A stretch of DNA of 64,000 nt from an uncultured delta proteobacterium (lineage in GTDB: Bacteria; Myxococcota_A; Polyangia; Haliangiales; Haliangiaceae): NCBI GenBank assembly GCA_963848295.1, contig CAWKDB010000010.1, forward strand, positions 1,056,001-1,120,000, written 5' to 3'. Both the position numbers and the translations under genes were made by a program. This document shows, one piece after another, positions 52,240-61,741 of this stretch. A model generated the notes under the pieces. The model saw only the letters and a list, made by a program, of their open reading frames with translations, made no database searches and had not been told where the DNA came from. Every line of letters begins with the position of its first letter. Position 1 is the first letter of the stretch.

Positions 52240-53388
52240 ATGTCGATGGCGCCGAAGTCCGTCTACCAGCTCGTGTCGTTGCCGGGAGATGGAATCGGGG
52301 TCGAGGTTGTCGAACAAGCGCGCGCACTTCTCGAGGTCGTCGCCCCGGCGATCGGCGTTCAGTTTGCGATCGACGAGATTCCGTGTGGCGGAAAATATTT
52401 CCTCGACCACGGCCGCGACTGGCCCGAAGGCTCGGAGGACAAGTGCCGCGCCGCCGATGCGATCCTGCTCGGCGCGGTCGGCTACCCGGGCCCCGGCGGC
52501 AAGCCGGTGACGATGCCGAACGGCCAGATGGCCGGCTGGTCGCCGGTGATCGGCAACCGGATCAAGCTCGAGCTCTACGCGAACATCCGCCCGGTGCGTT
52601 GCCTACCAGGCACGAAGCACTCGATCTCGGGCTCGTTCTCGACCGTATGGAAGCCCGAGCACGTCGACATGGTGATCGTGCGCGAAGGGACCGAGGGCTT
52701 GTACTCCGGGATCGGCGAGCGCACCGCGGACCGCGCGACCGATCTGCGCGTGATCACGCGGCTCGCGTCGGAGCGCGTGATCGCCAAGGCGTTCGAGCTG
52801 TCGCGCGAGCGCGGCACCGGCGCGCCTGCGGACGGCAAGCAGCGCGTCACCTGCATCGCGAAGCACAACGTGCTCGAAGGCTGCCGGCTGTTCGTCGAAG
52901 TGTTCAACGAGGTCGCGAAGCGCTATCCCGAGATCGAGCCGGACATCGCGATCGTCGATTCGTTCGCGATGTTCGTGTTGACCCAGCCCGAGCGCTACGA
53001 CGTGTGCGTGACGACGAACATGTTCGGCGACATCGTCACCGATCTCGCGAGCGTGTTGCAGGGTGGCATGGGCATGGCGGTCGGTTGCAACGTCGGCGAC
53101 GATCACGCGATGTTCGAGCCGATCCACGGCTCGGCGCCGCCGCTCGCCGGCAAAGATCGGGCGAACCCGATCGCGATGATGCTCGCAACCGGCGAAGCGC
53201 TCGCGTGGCTCGGCCGGCGTCACCGCGACGATCGCCTGCTGCGCGGCCATCGCGCGATCGAGACCGCGGTCGCCGACGTCGTCGCGCGCGGCACCACGCT
53301 CACCGCCGATCTCGGCGGCACCGCCGGGACGAACGCGGTCGCGCAGGCGATTCGCGACGGCGTGCGCAGCCGGCTAACGCAGGCGTAG
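52240..53388 (+). CDS. Isocitrate/isopropylmalate/tartrate dehydrogenase family protein
   Basis: PGDGIGVEV, LYANIRP, VREGTEGLY, NMFGDIVTD, FEPIHGSAP, ANPIA. Confidence 0.92.
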   Translation: MSMAPKSVYQLVSLPGDGIGVEVVEQARALLEVVAPAIGVQFAIDEIPCGGKYFLDHGRDWPEGSEDKCRAADAILLGAVGYPGPGGKPVTMPNGQMAGWSPVIGNRIKLELYANIRPVRCLPGTKHSISGSFSTVWKPEHVDMVIVREGTEGLYSGIGERTADRATDLRVITRLASERVIAKAFELSRERGTGAPADGKQRVTCIAKHNVLEGCRLFVEVFNEVAKRYPEIEPDIAIVDSFAMFVLTQPERYDVCVTTNMFGDIVTDLASVLQGGMGMAVGCNVGDDHAMFEPIHGSAPPLAGKDRANPIAMMLATGEALAWLGRRHRDDRLLRGHRAIETAVADVVARGTTLTADLGGTAGTNAVAQAIRDGVRSRLTQA

Positions 53389-54450
53389 CTCGAGACCGAC
53401 ATCGACGCCGTATGCGGCGCCGCCGATCTTCCACGTCTCGGGAATCGGCGCCTCGCAGATGCCCGCGCAGTATTCGACCTGCTGCGTGGTCTTGTACGTG
53501 GTCGCGCCATCGACCCGCGCGCCGGCGACGATCGCGAACGACGGGATGATTTCGTACGACACCCCGAGCCGCGCCGCCGCGATCGGCGCCCAGATGCTGA
53601 CGTCGCCGATGGGGAAGGTGTCTACGCGACGTGCGGTGAGCGCGAGGTCTTGCAGGCCGAGCTGCGCTTGCACTTCCGCGCCGAATCGCTCGGACCGCAA
53701 CGGTAGGCGATACGCGACCACCGCGCTGCCGGCGTACGCGTGCGCATCGTCGCTGTTCGAGATCCGATACTCGAGCGCGCCGCCGACGCGGAAGTCTCCG
53801 AGGTACTTCCGGACCTGCACCTGCACCGTCGCGCGCGCGGACGGATCCGCTCTGACCTGCGTCGGGTTGCGCGCGCCGAACGTGCCGCCTTGGAACACCG
53901 TGTCGAGCGCGGCATCGCCCCACAGGCTGCGGCCGTCGCGGGCATGCGACCGTTGCTCCGCTTCGGTGAGGCCGTCGTCGTCGCTCGGCGGCTCGCAAGG
54001 CTTGACGGTGAAGTGATCGCCATCGGGCACGCCGGTCAACTGCACACCCTGCTCGTCCCACTTGGCGAAGCAGCCGACCGGGTGGCCACGCACGTATCGG
54101 CCAACGCTCTTGCGCTTGCCGTCGGGATACCAAACGCCCCACACGCCGTCCGGCACCGACGCGGTCCCATCCGCCACGTAGTTGCCGGCCGACTCGACCG
54201 CGCCATTCGGATACCAGTGCGTGTAGGGGCCGACGAGCCGGCTTAGCGTGGCTGGATGGGCCATCCCGAGCATCGTCGAGTAGTCGCGCCCCGGCTCGGG
54301 CAACGCCGCGACGCTGTTGGTCGTCAGCGCGCACGACTCGACGCGTCCCGTCGGTGGGTCCTTCGTCGAGAGCTGAGACTCCGGCGGACACGTCCGGGCC
54401 GTGATCGCGCAGGCCCCGACCCCGGCCACCACCCCCAACATCCTGTACAT
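53374..54450 (-). CDS. Hypothetical protein with MORN-variant repeats and C-terminal beta-barrel-like region
   Basis: GPYTHWYPNG, DGVWGVWYPDG, GCFAKWDEQG; start uncertain. Confidence 0.65.
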   Translation of the reverse strand: MYRMLGVVAGVGACAITARTCPPESQLSTKDPPTGRVESCALTTNSVAALPEPGRDYSTMLGMAHPATLSRLVGPYTHWYPNGAVESAGNYVADGTASVPDGVWGVWYPDGKRKSVGRYVRGHPVGCFAKWDEQGVQLTGVPDGDHFTVKPCEPPSDDDGLTEAEQRSHARDGRSLWGDAALDTVFQGGTFGARNPTQVRADPSARATVQVQVRKYLGDFRVGGALEYRISNSDDAHAYAGSAVVAYRLPLRSERFGAEVQAQLGLQDLALTARRVDTFPIGDVSIWAPIAAARLGVSYEIIPSFAIVAGARVDGATTYKTTQQVEYCAGICEAPIPETWKIGGAAYGVDVGLELRLR

Positions 54451-54555
54451 ATCCCAGCACCGTACACCGACGGCCCCGGGCATTGGATCGTCAACGCGCT
54501 CTCGCCTTCTGACGCGTGATGCAGACAAGCAGCAAGGTTGTCGCATGGCGCTGCC

Positions 54556-54642
54556 AAGCTCGACGTCGACGCGACCGTTAACGCCGCGAACACGCGCCTG
54601 CTAGACGGCGGTGGCGTTGACGAAGCGATCCACCGCGGAGGC
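54556..54642 (+). pseudogene. Macrodomain (YmdB-like O-acetyl-ADP-ribose deacetylase) N-terminal remnant
   Basis: KLDVDATVNAANTRLLDGGGVDEAIHRGG matches the macrodomain VNAAN..GGGVDGAIHR motif, then runs into a microsatellite. Confidence 0.75.
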
Positions 54643-54678
54643 GACGGCGATTCTAATGACGCGCTGGCGGTAGGTGTG

Positions 54679-54804
54679 CCGCTACCGGTTCCGGTGCCGC
54701 TACCGGTTCCGGTGCCGCTTCCGCTTCCGCTACCGGTTCCGGTGCCGCTGCCGCTGCCGCTGCCGCTGCCGCTGCCGCTGCCGCTTCCGCTGCTGCTTCC
54801 GCTT
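54679..54804. repeat. Degenerate CCGNNN hexamer array (21 units)
   Basis: CCGCTA/CCGGTT/CCGGTG/CCGCTT/CCGCTG units in phase. Confidence 0.9.
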
Positions 54805-55053
54805 CTCTGATTGGAATTCCGTCGATGGAGGCTCGGGCGGGGCGTCGTCGTCGTCGCCCCTGGCCGCTTGCGCGCTCGCGCCTCGCCGAGCGCCGCGCGC
54901 GCCGACGCCTGCGAACGACAGCCGCCGAGTTGATCGACCGCGATCTGCGAACCGCCGACGGCGCGCTCGTCACGGCGCCCGCGCGCTTGGCGGGCAACGG
55001 GGCGAACGACAACGACGACGCCCCACCCTCACTTGCCCTCTCAGGAGAATCCC

Positions 55054-55377
55054 ATGCCATTCGATGCTCTCGAAGTCTCGCTCACGATGCTGCGTGAGCT
55101 CGCTCCACTCGAAGCGAAGCTCCGGCACCGCCGCAAGTCGCTCGCCAACGAAGTCATCCGCACCGGCGAGAGTGTCGCGCTCAACATCAGCGAAGGTCGC
55201 GCGCGTGTCGGGCTCGATCGGCCCGACTTCTATCGCCGCGCCGCCGGCAGCGCGAACGAGCTGACGACCGCACTGCGGATCGCTGAAGCGCGCGGCGTGA
55301 TCTCGAGCGCCGAGCTCGCTGCGATCGCGCCGCTGCTCGATCGCATTCGCGCGATGCTGTGGAGGCTCACCCACTGA
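55054..55377 (+). CDS. Four-helix-bundle protein (23S rRNA IVP / bAvd-like family)
   Basis: [27 protein letters not shown]...[16 protein letters not shown]...LLDRIRAML. Confidence 0.85.
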   Translation: MPFDALEVSLTMLRELAPLEAKLRHRRKSLANEVIRTGESVALNISEGRARVGLDRPDFYRRAAGSANELTTALRIAEARGVISSAELAAIAPLLDRIRAMLWRLTH

Positions 55378-55393
55378 ATCTCCGACGCGGACG

Positions 55394-55596
55394 CCAGCTC
55401 CGGAGCCGCTGCTGCGTCCGGAGCCGCTGCCGCGACTGGAGCCGCTGCCGCGACCGCAACCGCAACCGGCGTCCGGAGCCGCAAACGCGTCCGAAGCCGC
55501 AACCGCAACCGCATCCGCATCCCGCCGCTGCCGTGCCGCAACCGGGTCCGGTGCCGCTGCCGCAACCGCCTCCGGTGCCGCCGCCGCAACCGCCTC
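55394..55596. repeat. Degenerate CCGNNN hexamer array
   Basis: CCGCAA/CCGCAT/CCGCTG/CCGGTG/CCGGAG units. Confidence 0.8.
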
Positions 55597-56644
55597 CGGA
55601 GAGTCCGACGCCACGCGCCTTCGGCGCGCGGCCGCCGCTCGCCTCCGGCGAGCGCGCGCTCCGGCCGCGAGGCGCCGCAGGCGCCGAGTGCCGGAGGTCG
55701 GACTGCCCGTCTGCTCCTCGGACTCGTTGTGCCCGCGGGACTCGCGCCGCACCGCGCAGCGGCGCGGCGCGGGAACCCGCGCGTCGGAGAGTCCGACGCC
55801 ACGCGCCTTCGGCGCGCGGCCGCCGCTCGCCTCCGGCGAGCGCGCGCTCCGGCCGCGAGGCGCCGCAGGCGCCGAGTGCCGGAGGTCGGACTGCCCGTCT
55901 GCTCCTCGGACTCGTTGTGCCCGCGGGACTCGCGCCCCACCGCGCAGCGGCGCGGCGCGGGAACCCGCGCGGCGGAGAGTCCGACGCCACGCGCCTTCGG
56001 CGCGCGGCCGCCGCTCGCCTCCGGCGAGTGCGCGCTCCGGCCGCGAGGCGCCGCAGGCGCCGAGTGCCGGAGGTCGGACTGCCCGTCTGCTCCTCGGACT
56101 CGTTGTGCCCGCGGGACTCGCGCCCCACCGCGCAGCGGCGCGGCGCGGGAACCCGCGCGGCGGAGAGTCCGACGCCACGCGCCTTCGGCGCGGGGCCGCC
56201 GCTCGCCTCCGGCGAGCGCGCGCTCCGGCCGCGAGGCGCCGCAGGCGCCGAGTGCCGGAGGTCGGACTGCCCGTCTGCTCCTCGGACTCGTTGTGCCCGC
56301 GGGACTCGCGCCCCACCGCGCAGCGGCGCGGCGCGGGAACCCGCGCGGCGGAGAGTCCGACGCCACGCGCCTTCGGCGCGCGGCCGCCGCTCGCCTCCGG
56401 CGAGCGCGCGCTCCGGTCGCGAGGCGCCGCAGGCGCCGAGTGCCGGAGGTCGGACTGCCCGTCTGCTCCTCGGACTCGTTGTGCCCGCGGGACTCGCGCC
56501 GCACCGCGCAGCGGCGCGGCGCGAGAACCCGCGCGGCGGAGAGTCCGACGCCACGCGCCTTCGGCGCGGGGCCGCCGCTCGCCTCCGGCGAGCGCGCGCT
56601 CCGGTCGCGAGGCGCCGCAGGCGCCGAGTGCCGGAGGTCGGACT
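55597..56644 (-). repeat. tRNA-linked 188-bp tandem repeat, 5 full units plus a partial one
   Basis: TGCCGGAGGTCGGACT at 55689, 55877, 56065, 56253, 56441 and 56629 (exact 188-bp period); the last copy is the tRNA 3' end; units differ by only a few SNPs. Confidence 0.95.
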
Positions 56645-56711
56645 CGAACCGACATTCCCGTCAGGGAAGGGGCTTTTGAGACCCCCGAGTCTACCATTTC
56701 TCCACTCCGGC
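56629..56711 (-). tRNA. tRNA-Leu(CAA), CCA not encoded
   Basis: GCCGGAG/CTCCGGC acceptor stem, TGGTAGAC D-loop, anticodon loop CTCAAAA, long variable arm TTCCC-TGAC-GGGAA, GTCGG-TTCGAGT-CCGAC T-arm, discriminator A. Confidence 0.95.
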
Positions 56712-56813
56712 AAAAAGCGAGACGCGCCGGCCACAGGCGCCGGCGCATTCCGTTTCAGAGACGATCGCTAGACGGCGATCAGCACGTGCTGATCGCTTGG
56801 TCTAGCATGCGGC

Positions 56814-56999
56814 TCACATCGCGCCGCCCGAGCCGGCCATGCCGCTGCCGCTGCCCATGTCGGCCGAACCGCCGCCACTGCCAGCCGCAGCCGAGCCCAT
56901 ATCGGAGCCACCCGCCGCGGGGGTGGTGGCTGCCTTCTTGTGGTGGCAGCCAGCAAGCGCCGCCGAGACGAGAATCGCAATCGCAAACATCTTCTTCAT
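56814..56999 (-). CDS. Small Gly/Ser-rich lipoprotein
   Basis: [18 protein letters not shown] lipobox; GAGGA RBS. Confidence 0.7.
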   Translation of the reverse strand: MKKMFAIAILVSAALAGCHHKKAATTPAAGGSDMGSAAAGSGGGSADMGSGSGMAGSGGAM

Positions 57000-57065
57000 A
57001 AGTAGTCCTCTCTCTGGTTTTTCACGCCGCTGGCGCCTGCCAGGCAGCAACTAACACTGGTTGGT

Positions 57066-57257
57066 TCAGCCCCCGCACGGATCGCCGGTCGGGGAAGACG
57101 GTGTGGCAGCGCCGCTACCGGCGCTGCCGCTCGTCGCGCCCGAGCCCTTGTCGGTCATCGTCGGGTCGGGCTTGGGCGTCGTCGAGCCCTTCTTGCCGCC
57201 GCCGCACGCGGCGATGGCGATCGCCGTGACAAGTGCAATCACGAGGGTGGTCTTCAT
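57066..57257 (-). CDS. Small Gly/Ser/Thr-rich lipoprotein
   Basis: MKTTLVIALVTAIAIAAC lipobox; ends DPCGG. Confidence 0.7.
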   Translation of the reverse strand: MKTTLVIALVTAIAIAACGGGKKGSTTPKPDPTMTDKGSGATSGSAGSGAATPSSPTGDPCGG

Positions 57258-57304
57258 GGCTTTCATGGCGGGTGTCACGTGGTTGGCGGTCGCGGCTCGC
57301 GGTG

Positions 57305-57616
57305 TCAGTTGCCGAGCTCGGCGAGCGCGCTCTCGAGCTCGCCGAGAGCATGCTGATCCCCGGTTCGGGAGGCAACTTCGATGCCTTTACGAAAGATCTC
57401 CATCGCCTCGGCCTTGCGACCGAGCGATACGTGCGTGCTGCCCGCCATCAGGTACGTCGGCACGTAATCGGGGAAGGTCGTCATCAGATCGGAGAACGCG
57501 GCGGCAGCTTCAGCCAGCTGGCCGCGACCTTTGAGCTCCATCGCCAGGCCATACCGAGGGAAGGGATCGGTCGGCGTGCGGGCGATGAAGGTCCGGAATG
57601 TCTCGATACGATCCAT
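57305..57616 (-). CDS. Small TPR protein
   Basis: PTDPFPRYGLAMEL...PDYVPTYLMAG...GDQHALGEL. Confidence 0.8.
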   Translation of the reverse strand: MDRIETFRTFIARTPTDPFPRYGLAMELKGRGQLAEAAAAFSDLMTTFPDYVPTYLMAGSTHVSLGRKAEAMEIFRKGIEVASRTGDQHALGELESALAELGN

Positions 57617-57752
57617 GGACAGTGGCGACGTTGAACGCCCATGCAAGCCGGGGCTTACAGGGACGAGGACCATATCGCAGGACTTTCTTCCAAATGCCAG
57701 TGCCCTAAGACGAATTCCGCAGTCGCGGCCGTGCTACAAATGAGGAGATCGG

Positions 57753-58592
57753 GTGAAGCGGCCGTTCACTAGGTTCATCGGTGTCGACCTTGGCGGAGGA
57801 CGTGGCAAGACCACCGCGGTCGCCGAGATCCGGAGTGCGGCCGGCCGAGGAGCCGAGGTCTTCGAGGTCGCCACGCGCTCGGACCGACGCGCGTGGACCG
57901 ACGACACGCTGATCGAGCGACTCGCCGCGCTCGACCCCGCGCGCGTCATCGCGATCGATGCACCGCTGACCAAGACGGCGTGCGCTCGGTGCGTCCGGCC
58001 GGTGTGCCCCGGCATGGAAGCGTGTGAAGAGCCAGCCGTGGCGTGGCTGCGAACGACCGGGCGCGCGCTGGTCCAACAAGTCGCCGCCGAGATCGTAGGT
58101 GGTCGCAGCGGCAGCCGGCCTCAGCACGCATCGCAGGTTCGGCTCGCCCCGTACGCGCATCGCGCGACCGACGTCGTGATGACCTACGAGCGCGGGTTGC
58201 TACCCCTGTCGGTGCTCGGCCAGACGAACGGCGCGATCGCGGCGCGCGCGAGCCAGCTGCGCCGCCGTCTCGCGAGCACCGGCTATCACATCAACGAAAA
58301 TCTCTTGGAGGTATCGCCATCCGCGACGATCGCGGCGCTGTGCGGTACCCGACTCGCTCGTGGCTACAAGCGCGACGCAGATCCGTGGCGAACGCGTGCG
58401 ATGATCCTCGAGCAGCTCGGTGATCTAAGCTTCGCGCCGCAGAGTCGGATGGCGCGCGAGGACGTGCTTGGCAATGACCATTGCTTCGACGCCGTGATCG
58501 CCGCTTACACCGCATACCTGTGGGCGCGCGACGGCTGGGACAAACCCGGCGACCTGTTCGATGAAGACGGCTGGATCGCCGCACCGCCCTGA
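57753..58592 (+). CDS. DUF429-like RNase H-fold predicted nuclease
   Basis: FIGVDLGG, IAIDAPL, LLEVSP, FDAVIAAYTA; GAGGAG RBS. Confidence 0.8.
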   Translation: MKRPFTRFIGVDLGGGRGKTTAVAEIRSAAGRGAEVFEVATRSDRRAWTDDTLIERLAALDPARVIAIDAPLTKTACARCVRPVCPGMEACEEPAVAWLRTTGRALVQQVAAEIVGGRSGSRPQHASQVRLAPYAHRATDVVMTYERGLLPLSVLGQTNGAIAARASQLRRRLASTGYHINENLLEVSPSATIAALCGTRLARGYKRDADPWRTRAMILEQLGDLSFAPQSRMAREDVLGNDHCFDAVIAAYTAYLWARDGWDKPGDLFDEDGWIAAPP

Positions 58593-58624
58593 CCTGGTCG
58601 CGCGCGCTCGGCGTGCGAACCTGA

Positions 58625-59404
58625 TCACAACAGCGCTTCGTATGCGGCGGTGACTTCGGCGAACCGCAGCTCGAGCACGCGCCGGCGATCACCGTCGGCC
58701 TCCGGCTGCAGATCGGGATGCAACGAGCGCGCGAGCCGGCGATACGCGCGCTTGACCGATTCGACGTCGGCTCGATCGTCGACCCCGAGCAGTCGCCGCG
58801 CTGCCTCGCGGCGCGGATCGATCGTGCGATTCGGCGCGCTGCGCTCGGCGACCACGCCCTCGACCGACAACGCATCGACGCTGCGCAGGAAGTGGATGAA
58901 CGCGAGCAACCGAAACCGCGGGGTGCGCGCGAGCGGCCAGATCTGATCGAGTCGGCGCGGTTGGGCCATCGCCGCGAGCATCCGGCGATCCGCCTCGTCA
59001 CACGTCGCGAGCTCGGGCCCGAGATCGGCGCGCACCGAGAGGCGGATGCCGGCGAGCTCGCGCACGACGATGTCGGCGAGCGAGGCATCGAGCTGGTGCT
59101 CGAAGTGGCTGCGCGTCCACTCGGCGAGCGCGACGACGTGGGGTGCGCCCGGTGGATACGCCGGCACGCCGCCCGCGAACGACGCGATGACGCAGTCGAG
59201 CGAGACCAGGCGATTGAGCCGAACCCCGAGCGCGCGCTTGGCGTGCTCGCCCTCGCCGACGATCACGCCGCCGCGGCGCAAGACGAACAGCTCGCGGCGA
59301 TCGCCGGTGACGGTCAGCACCCCGCTCGCGCCCTGTCGGCCGAGCCGATACAGCATGCGCGCGAGCTGGCCGCGGCCCAACGCATCGCGAGATTCTGCCC
59401 TCAC
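58625..59404 (-). CDS. Protein with C-terminal J domain
   Basis: LLGV...VKRAYRRLARSLHPD...FAEVTAAYEAL; start uncertain. Confidence 0.8.
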   Translation of the reverse strand: MRAESRDALGRGQLARMLYRLGRQGASGVLTVTGDRRELFVLRRGGVIVGEGEHAKRALGVRLNRLVSLDCVIASFAGGVPAYPPGAPHVVALAEWTRSHFEHQLDASLADIVVRELAGIRLSVRADLGPELATCDEADRRMLAAMAQPRRLDQIWPLARTPRFRLLAFIHFLRSVDALSVEGVVAERSAPNRTIDPRREAARRLLGVDDRADVESVKRAYRRLARSLHPDLQPEADGDRRRVLELRFAEVTAAYEALL

Positions 59405-59454
59405 CCGGGCATCGTCGGCCCGGCGATCGGGCTGGGCAATTTTTTTAGCCTTCG

Positions 59455-60639
59455 CTACGGCGTGACGCCGGTTTCGAGCAGCGCAAACGTCGGTGGCGAC
59501 ACCGCGACGTCGGCCTGGAGCATGACAAAGCCATTCGCGCCGAGGCTCGCGTCGTACGCGCAGGCGCCCGAGAACCCGCTGCCCATCGTGGTGCGCACCG
59601 GGTCGGGCTGACCGTCGCTGTTCGCGTCGACCAGCGAGCCGGCCGGCAGCGTCAGTTGATACTCGATGCAGCCGAGGTAGGTCTCTCCGGCGGTCGGAGT
59701 CGCGAGCAGATAGGTCGCGCCGCCCGCGCTGAACAACGCGGGTGCGCCGAAGCCGGTGAGTCCGGCGTTGATGTGCTGCGCCTCGGTCTCGCCGAGCAAG
59801 CGCGACACGTACTGCCAGCTGCCGGTGCGCGGATCGGAGACGAGCACGATGCGCGATGTGGCCGGATCGCCGGTCCCGCACGCGAGCGCGAGCCAGCGCG
59901 CGCTGGTCGTCGCGATCAAGCCCGGCTCGGTCAGCACGGCGCAGTCCGCGAGCGCTGGGTCGATCGCGGCGAACTGGATCTCGGGTGGCCCGAGCACGCC
60001 GTCGTTATAGGCCTGGACCTCGGGGGTGGACGCATAGCCGGCGCCGGCGAATAGCTTGTGCTCGGATGCCGCGGCGAGCGCCAGCGGCGACGCCGCGCGA
60101 CGCTCCTCGATCCACGAGTATTGGAACTGGCGCTCGTCGGCGGCGCCGGTGTTCGCGATCAGGTAGCGCTGCCACTCGAGCCGCCACGCCTCGTCGGCCG
60201 GTGCGAATGGATCGTAGATCAGCGTCGACACTTCGTGATTCCAGAACGTCGCGATGCCCGCGAATTCGGTCGGCGGTGTCGCGATCGCGGCGGCGGCGTT
60301 GATCTCGCCGGCGTCGCAGAACGTCGTGCCGCCGTCGTCGGTGTACGCGAGCCGCGTACTGACGAGGCCGAAATCGCCGGGTCCCGGGGCGACGCTCGAA
60401 TACGACATCCACGTCCGCACACCGTTTGGATCGAGCGCGAAGCTCGCGTCGCCGACGCCGTTGGCCCCCGCCGTCAGCGGGATCGCGCGTGGGTACGTGC
60501 CCGACACGTGCTCGCACATCGGTGCGTCGGTTTTCGCGACATCGGAATTCGCGACGTCGAGCGCCGCCGCGTCGCCGTGCTCGGCGGCCGGGCCGTGGCA
60601 TGCGGCAACTAGGAGTACGGCCGCGAACAGCTTCGCCAT
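59455..60639 (-). CDS. Lipoprotein, sialidase/glycoside-hydrolase-like propeller
   Basis: LVAAC lipobox; YTDDGGTTF Asp-box. Confidence 0.68.
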   Translation of the reverse strand: MAKLFAAVLLVAACHGPAAEHGDAAALDVANSDVAKTDAPMCEHVSGTYPRAIPLTAGANGVGDASFALDPNGVRTWMSYSSVAPGPGDFGLVSTRLAYTDDGGTTFCDAGEINAAAAIATPPTEFAGIATFWNHEVSTLIYDPFAPADEAWRLEWQRYLIANTGAADERQFQYSWIEERRAASPLALAAASEHKLFAGAGYASTPEVQAYNDGVLGPPEIQFAAIDPALADCAVLTEPGLIATTSARWLALACGTGDPATSRIVLVSDPRTGSWQYVSRLLGETEAQHINAGLTGFGAPALFSAGGATYLLATPTAGETYLGCIEYQLTLPAGSLVDANSDGQPDPVRTTMGSGFSGACAYDASLGANGFVMLQADVAVSPPTFALLETGVTP

Positions 60640-60683
60640 CGCGCGACGGTCTTGCACATGGCGTGCTCAGCCGTCGTGCGCGA

Positions 60684-60926
60684 TCACATGAAGCCGGCTT
60701 TGCGGCGTTCGACGATGAACTCGATGACGACGTTGCGAACGTCCTCGCGGAACTTCACGAGGCCGGCTGCGATCTCGCGCAGCGCGGTGACCGCCGGCTT
60801 GTTGTCGCAATCGACGCCGGGAGTCGCGCCGCGCGACAGCTGCCGCGCGCGCTCGGCGGCCAGCACCACCAACGCGAAGCGATTCGGGATCTTATCCAGG
60901 CAATCTTCGACGGTGACGCGAGCCAT
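60684..60926 (-). CDS. rpoZ: RNA polymerase omega subunit
   Basis: [10 protein letters not shown]...[16 protein letters not shown]...[11 protein letters not shown]. Confidence 0.97.
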   Translation of the reverse strand: MARVTVEDCLDKIPNRFALVVLAAERARQLSRGATPGVDCDNKPAVTALREIAAGLVKFREDVRNVVIEFIVERRKAGFM

Positions 60927-61048
60927 AGAGCGGCGGAACTTACAGTACTTCGCGCAGGTGTCAAGGGCGCGCTTGCCAGAGTCTGGCTCACCGACTACCT
61001 TGGGTAGTGCAGTTCGGCTACCGGCAAGTAGCTGCCTGTACTTAACTT

Positions 61049-61741
61049 ATGCCTGTCCGTCCGCCTGTGCCCGTGTCACGTGGGCCCGTTCGCATCGAGC
61101 TCGACTGGGATGCGTTCGAGGTCGCGGTCGAACGTAACTCGCCCGATAGCGATAGCTATCTCGACCTGACGACCGGCCGAGTTGTCTCGATCACGACCGG
61201 TGATCCAGAAGCCGCGCTGAGCCGGCAGACCGTCTCGGAGAACATCCGTAATTTCTTGCGGATCGAGCCTGCATCGTCTCGCGAGCAATACCGGTGGATG
61301 GAGAAGTTCGTAGGCTCGGTCGCCGAGGAGCCGCTGCGCGAGCGGCTGATCATCTCGATCGACGGCAAGGGCGCGTTCCGCCGGTTCAAAGACGTGTTGC
61401 TCGCGTATCCCGCGGAGCGCGAGCGCTGGTTCACCTATCGCGCCGAGCTCCTGCACTGGCACATCCAGCAGTGGCTCGAGCAACACGAGATCGTCGCGAC
61501 CAACGATCCGCCGTGGGGCCAGATCCAGCCACCGGCCGAGCTGCCGGCCGTCGCGCACCCGGTCACGCACGGCACCGAGGCACCCGGCGAGACGCTGCGC
61601 CGCCAAGCGCGTGAGTTGATCGAGACGATGGCGGCGATCGAGCTGCCGACCGCGATCGCGTTCCTGGAGTTTCTCAAGCAACGGAGCATCGACGCGATCG
61701 TCAAGGACCGCGATCTCGATCCCGACGACGAGAAATCATGA
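61049..61741 (+). CDS. UPF0158-family protein
   Basis: [35 protein letters not shown]. Confidence 0.85.
   Translation: MPVRPPVPVSRGPVRIELDWDAFEVAVERNSPDSDSYLDLTTGRVVSITTGDPEAALSRQTVSENIRNFLRIEPASSREQYRWMEKFVGSVAEEPLRERLIISIDGKGAFRRFKDVLLAYPAERERWFTYRAELLHWHIQQWLEQHEIVATNDPPWGQIQPPAELPAVAHPVTHGTEAPGETLRRQARELIETMAAIELPTAIAFLEFLKQRSIDAIVKDRDLDPDDEKS

Noticed and set aside
55054..55377. Diversity-generating retroelement (Avd-like gene)
   Set aside because: No reverse transcriptase and no template/variable repeat pair with adenine-specific differences.
55597..56644. CRISPR array
   Set aside because: Entire 188-bp units are near-identical, there are no unique spacers and no cas genes in the window.
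53374..56711. Prophage or integrative island at tRNA-Leu
   Set aside because: No integrase or phage genes, and no distant att copy seen beyond the tandem units.
54970..57001. Long Arg/Ala-rich ORFs spanning the repeat array
   Set aside because: The period 188 is not a multiple of 3, so the same peptides rotate through frames; these are stop-free GC-rich repeat artefacts, and several overlap the tRNA.
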